The position numbers and the translations under genes were made by a program. DNA of 64,000 bases from Eledone cirrhosa (lineage: Eukaryota), in the NCBI GenBank assembly GCA_964016885.1, contig OZ024744.1:35278001-35342000 (forward strand), given 5' to 3'. A model generated the notes under the pieces. It worked only from the letters and a program-made list of their open reading frames with translations, was not told where the DNA came from and did no database searches. Positions 1-12,267 of this stretch are shown piece by piece; the first letter of the stretch is position 1; the number at the start of each line of letters is the position of its first letter.

Positions 1-213
1 TATATATATATACATATATATATATATGTGTATATAATATGTATATATATATATGTGTAATATATATATATATGTGTAATATATATATATATGTGTAATA
101 TATATATATGTATATATATATATACATGTTTACATATATGTATGTATATATATATATATATGTACATATCTCTGTGTGTGTGTGTGTGAGTGTGTGTAAA
201 CATATATATATAT
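1..213. repeat. (TA)n/(TG)n compound microsatellite
   Basis: Direct reading of the sequence. Confidence 0.95.
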
Positions 214-619
214 ATTGGAAAAGAACTGATTAATTACATGTCTGTAAAAGGATTGTGGAATTTATCCAAACATAGACTGTATAAGTCTATTAAGGAGCAA
301 TTATTTGTATTTGAATGAATACATTTACTAAATAAAGTAATATAACTATTAATAGCGATTTTGTTCATAAGTTGATCAACAACCCAGCAGCATGAGGGAT
401 GTCCCTATGTGGTCACTTGGCCTGTTAGAAATAGCAGCTAAATTTACTTGAAATCACTCGTCCTATCATTTTCAATAAAGAAAGGATAAATTAGATTAGT
501 GGCTATCAATATTTTTTATTTATGAACCCTTTTATTCCTATTTTACACTAGTGGATACTCCCATAGTCATTCAGTGTTTAAAAAATCCTATTGTATATGT
601 GTATATATAAAATCCGCCT

Positions 620-996
620 TCCCTTGCATACAGACTCGAACATACTTCTAGTAAGCACCTCTTAATCCACTATACTCCCTTCCATACACCCCTGCACCCC
701 TACTCCACCCTCCCACTTCTGTCCACACACCCCTTACACTGTAAAGTGGTTGTGATGACGATATGCCAAAAAAAGCACCCAGTCCACACTCTGAAGTGGT
801 CATGTAGGAGTCACGACAAAAAGCATCCAGCCCACACTGTAAATGTGGTTAGCATTAGGAAGGGCAACCAGCCATAGAAATCTAGCCAGAAACAGTTCTA
901 TATGGGCAAGACATGGTAACCTGACCCAACTTGCCTCAAGTGGGACAACCCATCTAACTAGCGTGGAAAATGGGTGTAACAGACGATGATGATGAT
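620..996 (+). mobile_element. 3' end of RTE-LINE/SINE family ending in a (GAT)n tail
   Basis: Shares the ttaggaagggca..cagc block and ctagcgtggaa..gatgatgat tail with 8230-8644 and 15225-15563. Confidence 0.75.
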
Positions 997-999
997 AAG

Positions 1000-1810
1000 T
1001 GTGTATAATTAGCAGTAGTCCTAAGATAGCGTTGTGCATAATAAGGGTGTATATGAAAGCATACATTCTGTATTTATATACAATTAACATATTAAAGCCT
1101 TGCTATCAAAGAAAAACTATTTGTTCGTTATAAAAAATTATTTGCCTCTTTTTATCTGATATCTCAGTAACCATTGAGAATGCCAGACAGCTGTTTCAAG
1201 ATTTGAGTGAAATTACTGAGTTGAAAATAAACTGGAACTTTTACAATTAATTGAAATAGAGTGTGTGCCTTTTCAATGGCTACTGAGATATCAGTGACAG
1301 GTTCACTGAGCAAAAGAGAAAACAATTTTTTCATCACAAGAAAATATTTTTTTCTTAGATACTGAGGCTCTCATGTGTTTATTGTATATAAATATATAGC
1401 ATATGCTTTCACATACATCCCTATTATGCACAACGCTATCTTAGTGCTATTGTCAGTTAATTATAACTAGTTAAGTTCACACAATATGTAAATGAGCCTT
1501 TCCAGCTGATGTTTTCTATTTGCTTTATGCAAATGAGCAGCTCCAGGAAATGTTAAATATGCAAAATCTATATAGGTTTTAATCTATCTTCAACTCAGTA
1601 TTAGTTGAGTGAATATCACTGATGAGAGATTAATGAATCTTGAAACAGCTGTCTGGCATTCTCAACAACAACTGAGATATCTATGACATGTTCCCAGAGC
1701 AAAAATGTTTTCCATAACAAAAAAAAAAAATTTTCTTTGATAGTGAGGCTCCCATATGTTTATTGTTTGTAAACATATGACAAATATGCTTTCATATATA
1801 CCGCTATTCT
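1000..1810. mobile_element. Old inverted + partial tandem pLTR-like element with hammerhead
   Basis: ~1000-1180 is inverted relative to ~1270-1465, and ~1660-1810 repeats ~1270-1440 directly; hammerhead at 1611. Confidence 0.65.
1611..1661 (+). ncRNA. Type I hammerhead ribozyme motif (GUC site)
   Basis: gaatatca CTGATGA GAGATT-aatg-AATCTT GAAAC agct GTC tggcattc: full core, stems I and II, palindromic stem III ACAGCTGT. Confidence 0.85.
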
Positions 1811-1944
1811 GTGTGTGTGTGTCTGGTGTGTGTATGTGTGTGTGTATATGTGTGTGCTTGTGTATTTGTGTGTTTGTGTGTTTGTGTGTGTGTTTGTGTA
1901 TGTGTGTATGTGTGTATGTATACATATATGTATGCTACATTTGA

Positions 1945-4245
1945 CAGAACTGTCCCATGGATTCTCAGATCTCATTATGGTGGTCAGAAGGAAAGACATA
2001 GCAGATGTTAAGTCTGTTCCCTGTTTGTGTGGTGTTGAGTGTTTGACAGATCTTTGTCTCTTATGAGCCTCTTTATTAGTCACTGTCTGTTACAAGCAAA
2101 GCTGTGGGGTACAAAAGTTCTAAAATGTATTTATGTGTGTCAACTAAACTGTTCAGAAAAACTTGAGCAGTATTAAGAAGCTGTGTAAGCAATGATCATC
2201 AATGTGTCAGCTCTAGCTAGCAGCTCTATGAGGCTGCTGCCACTATGCTTTGATTTGTTAAGCATAAACACCAAGATTGGTTTAAAGAAAACAAAGTATT
2301 TGTCACATCCTTTTTGAAAGTAAAGAAGACTACACATAACAAGATATTACCTTGTTCAATGCAGAGTAAAGAGCATGGTAAGTTATAAAAAAAATGTAGG
2401 GAATGCAAGTCTAAAGTTCAGCATGAGCTGTGGGCATCAAAGTATTAATGGTGGCATGAGAAAGTCCTGGAGATTCAGACATTTGCTGTCAAGCCACTTG
2501 CGTGCAGTCTATAGCCTACCTTAGTCTGTCTTTGCACCATTGAGATCAAAGACTGGTAATGTGCTTTTGTGTAAGCCAGCTGAAATTAAGACTGGATGGC
2601 AGCAACATCTTAGTGATGTGTTGAATCGTGTGTCAGTCAGTCCTGTTGTGCTTTACAAGCTTGAACAGTTTCCTGTAATCTACGAGCTTGATGAAATTGC
2701 TGTAGCTGTCACACTGATGAATACCAGAAAAGCCTCTGGGCATGATGGTATCCTTGCTGAACTGATACAACAGGGTAGAGGAGAGGTACTGGGTTTGCTT
2801 CATACCATCTATCATTGGGTATGGGAGAAGAGCGTAACTTGACAAGAGTGGAGAGATTCCATTCTCATGTCCTTGTATAAGAAATGAACTGTGCAATAAC
2901 TACCATAAGTAAAAATCTGTGCAATGATCTATGCAATAATTACCATGGGATTTCTATCTTTCTGTTGTGGGAAAGATTTTTGCGAAGATACTTCTGAACC
3001 TTTTGCTGCACCGTGTTCCACCTAACATTTTGCCTGAACCACGATGTGGTTTTCAGCCAAAGTGAGGGACAACAGCTATGGTCTTTACAGTGCAACAAGT
3101 TCAGGGGAAGTGTAGAAAGCAACAACTGGATTTGTACTAGTGTTTTATTGATTTGTTAATTGGCCAACTCTTATCCTGTTAAAATCCTGTTAAAGCTCGG
3201 CTGTCTTGAGAAGCTCACAGGATTTATTCAAACCTTTTACATTAACATGAAGGCTTGGGTATGTGTTAAAGGTGATTTGCTGGTACCCATTTAGGTAAAA
3301 TCTGAAGTGCAGCTTCTATATGGATCCTATATTGTTCACTGTCTTTGCAATTGTTTTGCCAGCCTTTTCTGGCAGTGAAGCTGACATATATATCTGGTAT
3401 CGCACAATGGAAAAGGATTTTAACATCTGTCCTTGATTCGCCACCTTCTGATGCTGAGAACCTTCTATTTGCTGACAATTGGTATCTTGTCACTCACACT
3501 GAGGCAGATCTTCAGCACCCAATGGACTGCTTTTCAGCCTCATGTGATAAATTTGGTCTTACCATCAGCCTCAGGAAGACCATAGTAATGTATCGGCCAG
3601 CACCAGACAAACTATATCTCTCAATCCATATATGTCAAGGATAAAATGTTGGATGTTATGGATACATTTGTCTACCTGGGTATCACCCTATCCAGGTTTA
3701 ATGTCCTTGATGAGGAAGTCAATTATAGACTTTTCAAGGCTTGTGATACATTCAGAAGGCTTAAGTTAACGCTCTAGTCAAAATCTACTGTAAGGTGGCC
3801 AACAAAAGTAGAGGTCTAGAAAGTATGTCTTGCCAACTCTGTTGTATGGATGCTAGAGTTAGACGACCTACCGCAGGCATTTCCATCTCCTTGAGTGCTT
3901 TCACCAGCATTGCTTGCATACTCTACTAAATATTTCATGGCAATGTAATGTACCTGACACCAGAGTACTGCAGCTGGTGAACATGATGAGCATTAAGACT
4001 ATGATAATGAAACATCACCTTAGATGGCCTGGACACTTGGTCCACTTAGAGAACACCTGCATGACAAAACAAGTCCTGTATGGTGAACTGGTGCAAAAAT
4101 CATATAAGGACTGCCTAAAAAACACAATTAAAAAGTTTAATATCGATGCTAGCATATGGGAAGATCTTACATTAGATAGAGTGGAATGGAGAAAACTGAT
4201 TGCAACTGGTGTTATAGAATTCAAAAGCTACCAAATTGCTTAAGC
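1945..4245 (+). pseudogene. Degenerate RTE (BovB-like) LINE
   Basis: Fragments [45 protein letters not shown] with many stops and frameshifts. Confidence 0.85.
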
Positions 4246-4559
4246 CCAAATTCTTATATGCCCTCCAAGGGGCTATACAGACCCTAGTTGAGAAACACTG
4301 CTTTAAATAATGTAGTCCAGCAGTGAATATTCTAACTTGCAGTTGGGTCATACTTGTGTAGTCTTAAATCCCTGTTAGTAGAAGCACCTGGATTTCCTTT
4401 AAATCTATTTATATTAACTTAAAATAAGAATGGTATGGTATGGTTCTGTAACTCCTGATAGAATCATAGGAACACCATATTGATATACAGCGTCTTGGAC
4501 ATTTTAAACCTGGTGGAACCCATCCCTGTCCAGCAGATTTCTTCCAGAAAGAGGAAGAA

Positions 4560-4720
4560 TCAACCCCAGTACTAGACTGGTACTTTTTTTTATCAACCTC
4601 GAAAGGATGAAAGGAAAAGTTGACCTCGGCGAGATTTGAACTCAGAGAGCAGAGAGTCAGAACAAATACCATAAAACAATCTATCTGATGTCCTAATGAC
4701 TCTGCCAATTCACCGCCTAA
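4560..4720 (-). mobile_element. tRNA-derived SINE, family 2
   Basis: Reverse strand has B-box gagttcaaatc then cctttcatcc..gataaa..agtaccagt core, as at 14598, 35212 and 38399. Confidence 0.75.
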
Positions 4721-4837
4721 AATAAGAATAAGATACATTAAATAATGTAGTCCTAGGTAGCCCTAAGATAGGTGGCATGGTCATGGCTGGAATGTCTTTT
4801 ATAATTATACTGTTTCACTGGAACCTGGAACCATTCA

Positions 4838-5030
4838 ATAGCAACAGTGACAACCACGGTGACAAAGGGAACATCTACAACAACAACAATAACAACAATA
4901 ACCATTACAGCAGCTGTAATGACAACAACAATAAAATCAGCAGCAACAACAACAACAATGATGATGGTGACAACAAAAGCAGCAGCAGCTGTGACAACAA
5001 CAACAACAACAATACCAACAAGTTCAACAG
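4838..5030. repeat. Degenerate (CAA/CAG)n low-complexity tract
   Basis: Direct reading; source of spurious N/T-rich ORFs. Confidence 0.85.
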
Positions 5031-5229
5031 ATAAGATCTAAGCTAAAATTTGTGACCTGGTTTTAATTTCTTATATGAAAGTAATTTGTGAAAAGCCATG
5101 AATGTCACAACGTTCCATTTCTCTCTTTATCTTCATACAGAAGTTATACGCCTCATTGATATTCTAAATTAACATACAAGAAAGGTTTTGTTTTTTTTCA
5201 CTCCAGTACCCAGCCTTAAGTGAAGATAT

Positions 5230-5420
5230 GCAGCTTAGTCATTAGAGTGTTGGTCTCACAGATTCAATGTCATGGGTTCGATTCTTGGACTGGATAGCAT
5301 GTTGTGTTCTTGAGCAAAATAATTCACTTCATGCTGTTCCAGTTTACTCAGCTGAAAATCAGTACCAGCAGCAGCAGCAGGGGTGGTTGGAGGGTGTTAA
5401 CCTTGCAATGGACTGGTAGG
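5230..5420 (+). mobile_element. Old tRNA-derived SINE related to family 1
   Basis: gcttagt..ttagag A-box, ggttcgattc B-box, cttgagcaa..ccagtttactcagctg core. Confidence 0.65.
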
Positions 5421-6367
5421 ATCTCTTGTACTCTTAGTTATTCAGCATCAATGAAATTAGGATAAGCTCTGGCTTGATGAGTTTCTGGACTTGGGCAAAT
5501 TTTAACTTTTTTTTAACCCTGTCTTTAATTGCTTGAGAATACGGAAACATAGCTAACGCACTGGCCGAAATGGAGACCTCAGGCATACTTGGAACCCATA
5601 CAGCTGAGCTCCTCCCCAAATTCGGAACATCAACAGCTCATCTGAGGAAGGAAAACACCACGAGGTGGGATGGCTGTTGCAGTGGGTGTTGATGTCTGCA
5701 GAAATGTCTTTTGTCTGTGGGGTGCAGCTGAAACACTGCCCCAACCTAGGCACAGAGTCTGTCACTCTCCCCCCTTCCTCCTCTTCCCTTCTCCTCTCCC
5801 TTTCTCCCTTTCTTTCTCCCGTTACCTAATAGTCTTTGCTCTTTCTCTCCTTTTTTTCACATTTATGGCATTTATAATCCTTTCCTCTATTTTTCTATAC
5901 AACCAGACTTGCCCTTCTTTATATTTCCCCCCTTATTTTTTCATTGATTAATTTTGTTTTTAACTTTTTTTAAATATTTCCATCATTGTATAACTTCTGT
6001 TTGTAAAATATAGTTGACATAATAAAACCATAGATTTGATATTAGTTAACTGTCTTGACTCCACCCACAGTATATTACAAGTGTGAGATGTAGCTAACTG
6101 ATAGGTGGGCAGTCTGTATCACAACTACTGACACCACACCTGTAAAGATATTTTTTAAACTTTGACTGTCTCAGTAAACCTAGCACAGAGAGACAGAGTT
6201 TGCTGTGGTCATACTAGTTACCACAGCATAGTTGATGATTGCTTCAGTCTACAGGGTTAACTTTTAGAGAGCATACATATATACTCATGAATAAATTGCA
6301 CCTTATGTAAATATGATGCAGAAAACTAGAATGTGATTTATACACAAGTATATATATATATGCATGT

Positions 6368-8644
6368 TCTACAACGCGAGGACCAAAAACGTGAGGTGTT
6401 CAGGATTGCTAGGCAATGTGTCAAGGAAAACCGTGATATTGTCGGGGAGAAGTGTGTACTTAACGATGATGGTGTACTTGCCATCACTGACACTGATAAG
6501 AAGGTAGCTTAGAAGTGTCACTACGAAAGGCTACAAATGAGGAGAATAAATGGGAGAAAGACAGTCTCCCCCACAATAGAGGGACCAGCAGTGTTAGTCG
6601 AAGGTAGTATAATAAGTAAGGCAATCAAAGATATGAAGACGGGTAAGGCGGCTGGGCCTTCGTAAATAGTTGCTGAGATGCTGAAAGCCTCTGGAACGGT
6701 GGGACACACCATGGTCACCAGGATAGTAAACCAAGTCATACAGAATGTTGTTCTGAAGGACTGGCGTAGCAGCATCATCGTTAACTGTTACAAGGGTAAA
6801 GGAGACGCCCTAGATAGGAGTAACTATAGAGGCATTAAATTAATCGACCAGGTCATGAAGGTCACGGAAAAAGTAATAGCGCAACTAATCAGAGAGAGAA
6901 TTGATCTAGATGAAATGCAGTTCGGGTTTGTGTCAGGCAAAAGTACCACAGACGCTCTTTTCATTGTACGACAACTACAGGAGAAGTACCTAGTTAAAAG
7001 TAAACCCCTATACTTAGCTTTTGTCGACCTGGAGAAAGCCTTTGACAGAGTCCCCCGTTCCATTATCTGGTGGGCTCTTAGAAAACTAGGTGTTGACAAA
7101 TGGCTTGTGAGAGCTATACAAATCATGTATAAAGAAACAGTCAGCAAGGTTAGAATTAACAACGAATATAGCGAAGAGTTTAGTGTAAAAGTTGGTGTCC
7201 ATCAGGGCTCTGTTCTTAGCCCCCTACTATTTATTATTGCCCTTCAGGCTATAACAGAGGAGTTCAAGACCGGCTGCCCATGGGAACTCCTATACGCAGA
7301 TGATCTAACACTCATAGCTGAATCAATGGCCGAGCTAGAGAAGAAATTCCAAACATGGAAGCACGGCCTAGAATCAAAAGGCCTTAAAATTAACCTGGCT
7401 AAGACTAAAGTTCTAGTTTGTAGGAAAGAAAATAAGGCGCTGGTCCCTTCCGGGAAATGGCCATGCTCAGTGTGTAGGAAAGGCGTAGGTAGAAACTCCA
7501 TTTTATGTCCCAAATGCAAAGTATGGGTGCATAAAAGGTGTAGTGGGATCACAGGTAAGCTAACTAAGAACATAGATTATACATGTGGCCGGTGCTCTGG
7601 TGAAATAAGTAGCAGCAAGTGCCCACAAAATACTAGCTCTTTCAATTGCGCAGAGGGTTCTATAGAAATAGTGGACAGCTTCCGTTACCTGGGTGACAAA
7701 ATCAGCAGTGGTGGAGGGTGCTCTGAAAGTACAGTAGCTAGAGTCAGAACTGGATGGAAAAAGTTCAGAGAGCTTATACCACTATTAGCCGCTAAAGGGT
7801 TCTCCCTAAAAATGAAAGGCAGGTTGTATGATGCCTGCATACGAACAGCAATGTTGCATGGCAGTGAGACCTGGGCATTGTGTGCAGAGGATATACGCAG
7901 ACTAGAGAGGAACGAAGCTTGCATGCTCCGCTGGATGTGTAATAGTAATATACGTGAATGGCAAAGCATAAACGAACTAAGGAAAAAATTAGAAATAAGA
8001 GGGATTAGATGTTGTTTACTCGAGAGAAGGCTACGTTGGTATGGTCACGTGATGCGCATGGAAGACGACAGCTGCATAACAAAGTGCAGGGCAATAAAGA
8101 TAGATGGTAGCCACGGAGTCGGCAGACCCAGAAAAACCTGAGACGAGCTGATAAATTCCGACCTCACACACTTACACCTCTCCAAGACAATGTCACTGGA
8201 CCGAGACCTTTGGTGATACTCAGTAATAGAGAAGACCCGCCTTACCTAAATACAAAGTAAAACCTACTACAGTCAGTAGGCACCTCTAACAAAATACATC
8301 CCCGTCCCACTACCCCTACCCCATCCACACCGCCCCTTTCAATGTAAAGTTATGTTGGTGTCACAACATCCAGGCCGAAACAAATGAGATCGTGTAGGTG
8401 TCACGACAAAAAAAACACACAGTCCACGCTGTAATGTGGCCGTGTAGGTAACACGGTAAAAACCTCCCAGTCCACACTGTAAACGTGGTTTGTGTTAGGA
8501 AGGGCATCCAGCTGTAGAAAACCTGCCAGACAGTCCTATGTGAGCAATGACAACCACTCTTGCCTCAATTGGGAAAACTCCCGTCCAAACCCATGCAAGC
8601 GTGGAACATGGACGTTAAACGATGATGATGATGATGATGATGAT
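6368..8644 (+). mobile_element. 5'-truncated RTE LINE with PHD insertion, subfamily A
   Basis: RT motifs, long 3' UTR and (GAT)n tail; near-identical to 54278-56077 and 14954-15563. Confidence 0.92.
6678..8141 (+). pseudogene. RTE reverse transcriptase ORF remnant with internal PHD finger
   Basis: AFVDLEKAFD, HQGSVLSP, LLYADD, FRYLG; C4HC3 at 7464-7595; upstream stops, and a TGA where sister copies have TGG (RKTW). Confidence 0.9.
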
Positions 8645-8740
8645 GTGTGTGTGTGTGAGTGTGTGTGTGTGTCTGTCTGCATGTGTGTCTATGTATACAA
8701 ACACATATACACACCTATATATATATATATATATATATAA

Positions 8741-8927
8741 TGAAGGAGGTGTGGTAAGGAACCAGATGGACTATAACACACCAGAGTACTCAATACTTAG
8801 GGTAGTAGAGTGTGTAATAGGAAAATGTTAGACCCCGACGGCAGAGCTCAAGCCGTTTCGACGGCTATTTCTGGACTCATATAGTCGTCGAAACAGCTTG
8901 AGCTCTGCCGTCGCGGTCTAACATTTT

Positions 8928-8930
<3 letters not shown>
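8741..8930. mobile_element. Short palindromic pLTR-like element in TA tract (same family at 15591-15760, 23500-23546, 29131-29275, 53920-53990)
   Basis: Arms taggaaaatgttagacc..cggctat / atagtcgtcg..cattttccta around a short spacer; repeated copies. Confidence 0.75.
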
Positions 8931-8972
<42 letters not shown>

Positions 8973-9185
8973 TATATAGAAATAAACACACAAAGTGTTT
9001 TGAATTACATGGGTTGAATGAGGTGCAATGCATATAATCTACGAACAAACGGAAAATACATAATAACCGGGAAAAGTGAATTAAAATGTACTAATCATTT
9101 CAATAACTATTAAACTCTTGGACAAACAGAGTGTGTTTTGACAAACATTAGTGGCTGTGTCACATAATCCCAGGGATTCTCAATA

Positions 9186-10388
9186 TCATCATCATCATCA
9201 TCACCATTTTACGTCCTTCTTCCACGCTAGCATGGGTTAGACGGGTTGTCCTGTTGTGGGCAGTGTCCGGTCGGCTGATCTTGCCTTGATGATACAGAAC
9301 TGATTTGGCTTGGTTTCTACAGCTCGATGCCCTTCCTAACACCAACCTCATACACAGTGTGGGCTGGGTGCTTTTTTGCCGTGGCACCTCCTCGACCACT
9401 TTGAAGTGTGTGTGTGGAGGGGGGGGGGGGCATATTGTCTATATGCTTCAGCTTGTACTCGTGGGGGGTCGGATCTTCTGTATTACTGCGTGACGCCAGA
9501 GATCTCAGTCCTGTCCTGTGTCATCGCCTTTGAAAGGTGTAGTTGGGTAAGGTCAGCTTTTATCACCTCATCCCAGGTCTTCCTGGGTGTCCCCACTCCA
9601 CAGCTTCCATTGACTTCTAATGCTCTGCACCTTTTTATGCAGCTGTCATCCTTCATACGCATCATTTCTCAATTCATTTATGCTTTGCCATTCGTGTATA
9701 TTACTATTACACATCTATCGGAGCATGCAGGCTTCGTTTCTTTCTAATCTACGCAAGTCTTCTACACACAACGCCCCAGTCTCACTACCATATAGCATTG
9801 CTGTTCGTATGCACACATCATACAGTCTGCCTTTCATTTTGAGGGAAAAGCCTTTTGCAGCTAGCAGTGGCAGTAGCTCCCTGAACTTCTTCAACCCCGT
9901 TCTTACCCTGGTTACTGTACTTTCCAAACACCCACCTCTACCGTTAATTTGGTCACCTAGGTACAAAAGCTGTCTACTGTTTCTACAGAGCCCTCCCAGA
10001 GTTTGGTGGAGCTTGTTTCCTGTTTTTCCTGGTGTTTGTTTCCGTTTGCTGCTTACTGTCCTGGTGCAGCTGCTACATGTGAAGCCTACATTCTTATCTA
10101 AGCTTCCTGAGATCCCACTACATCTCTTGTGTACCCATTGTTTGCATTTGGGGTAGAGGATGAAGTTCCTACCTACACCTTTCCTACATACTGAGCAAGG
10201 CCATTTCTCTGAGGGGATCTGGGTTCTGTTTTCTCGTCTACTAATGAGGACCTTAGTCTTTGTCAGGTTAACTTAGAGACCCTTTCTTTCTAATCCCTGC
10301 ATGTTTGAAATTTCTTCTCTAGTTCCACAATGGATTCAGCCATAAGTGTGAGATCATCCGCATATAGGAGTTCCCATGGGCATCCAAT
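9186..10388 (-). mobile_element. 5'-truncated RTE-PHD LINE, subfamily B
   Basis: Reverse strand encodes PWELLYADD, PHD cysteines, YLGD, LYGSET; (CAT)n tail at 9186. Confidence 0.9.
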
Positions 10389-10399
10389 CTTAAACTCCG

Positions 10400-11035
10400 G
10401 TCTTAAACACCAGATAGGTGAAATGATCGACTTCCTCCAGGTTTTGTTGGTTGACTTTGATCGCTGGACCTGCGTTGTTGGCTGTTCTCATCACCTCGGT
10501 CTTTTTGGTGTTGATTCTCAGGCCAATCTTTTCCACACTCTCTTGCAGGGATGTTGTTAGAGACTGCAAATCTGCACTATCTTCAGTGATGAAAGTGACG
10601 TCGTCGACGAATGCCAGTGCTTTACGTGAGCGAAACCTGGAAGAGCACGGCAAATATAGAGAGATGGCGGACTGATCCCCCGTGAATGATCCCCCATGCA
10701 TCCTGGCATGACCGAGTGTGAAACGAGGAAATCCTGCGGAGAGCTGAGTCATGGACGCTTCAGAGGACGGTCATGAAGCGTTGGTGCCACCTGGCTGGCC
10801 ATATTCTGCACCTGCCCGACGAACAACACTTGAAAACAGCAATGAACTGGACTCCACCTAGTGGCAAATGGTGGCAGGGTTGCCCCAGGATCACCTGGCG
10901 ATAAACGTTCCAAAAAGACTTGATGGCAGCCAACATCACTTGGCACGGATCTGAAAAAGCTGCTGCCGATCGTGACTGTTGGCAACTATTTACTACTCGA
11001 TGTGCCGAATGGTGTGGAAGAACCTAAGACTAAGA
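10400..11035 (+). mobile_element. RTE LINE 3' fragment with inverted 5' part
   Basis: 10400-10620 minus strand: AFVDD..GLRINTKKT..FTYL. 10620-11035 plus strand: YVSETWK..LAGHILHL..RITWR, then a cctaagactaag tail. Confidence 0.8.
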
Positions 11036-11049
11036 TATATATATATATA

Positions 11050-11240
11050 TTATTATATTTGGGGAGGGTCATATTGTTAGAATATTGCCAGAAATAATAA
11101 TAAAACACACTCACTGCTTGGTTTGGGTTGGTTTTTTATTATTATTTCTGGAAATTTCACAATATGACCCTCCCCAAATATAACAATATTTGTTTTAACA
11201 GACGATTTCATGTAAAAAACCTTGCAAAACAAATTCATTG
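11050..11240. mobile_element. Internally deleted palindromic copy of the 13721-14290 family
   Basis: ggggagggtcatattg / caatatgaccctcccc arms; right end matches 14205-14285. Confidence 0.7.
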
Positions 11241-11614
11241 CTGTATACATATATATACAGTTCTGCCAGGTTTAAATATCCAAAGAAAACTGTATGTCAT
11301 GATGGTGCCTTTACAACTCTATCATGAGTTAAGAATCTATTGCATGGACACTATCAAATGTATGTTAGGTTAAGGGAAAATTTGGCTGCTCTTTCTAGCT
11401 GTTAAATCTGTTGTAGTTAGATCTGCACTGAGTGACAGTAGAGACAGACACTTTAGGTGAAAACAGGTGATGCACAGGTGTTGTTGTTCACTTCATCAGA
11501 TGTTTATGAGTTTATAGATCCAGACAAGCCTTGGTACACTATTACTTACACACACATTGTCAGCACTACCATTAAGGTTATGATGATGATTACGACGATA
11601 TATATATATATAAT

Positions 11615-11940
11615 CATTATCGTTTAGCATCCATTTTCCACACTAGCATGGGTAGGGCGGATCGAACCTTAGGGAGAGAATCAGGTCAGAGGAGTGTGTT
11701 TCGCTCACCCAGGGCTGATTTTGACTTGGTTTATACAGCAGGATGCCCTTCCTAATGCCAACCACATTTACAGTGTGTGCTGGGTGCTTTTTGTTATGTC
11801 ACCTGCACAACCTCTTTACAGTGAGTGCTGGGCGCTTTTTGCCACGTTGCCATTACGACTACTTTACAGTGTGGACTGGGAGCTTTTTGTCATGTCACCA
11901 TCACTACCACTTTACATAGTAGATTGGGTGCTTTTGTCTT
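11615..11940 (-). mobile_element. RTE/SINE shared 3' tail with internal ~40-bp repeats
   Basis: ggatgcccttcctaa block followed by repeated ctttacagtg..ctggg..ctttttg units. Confidence 0.7.
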
Positions 11941-12267
11941 GACAGATGGGGGGAGGGAGGTGGCACTACATGGTGTGGGATGGGAACGAGGGAAGGTGGG
12001 GGAGAAAGCTTGAGGAAATTGAGGACGTAGATAATATGGTTATAGAAATTGAGGATGTAGGAATGGTTACAGTGTATGGGAGGGGAGATGGTAGAGGAAG
12101 GTGTTGCTTATTAGATATACCTCAATTCAAGAGTATGGAAGGACGGGTCTTCTGTAGTACTGGATAGCGGCAGATATAACCCATGCTAGCGTGGAAGATA
12201 GACGTTAAATGATGATGATGATGATGATATATAGATGGATAGATGGATATATATATATATATATATA

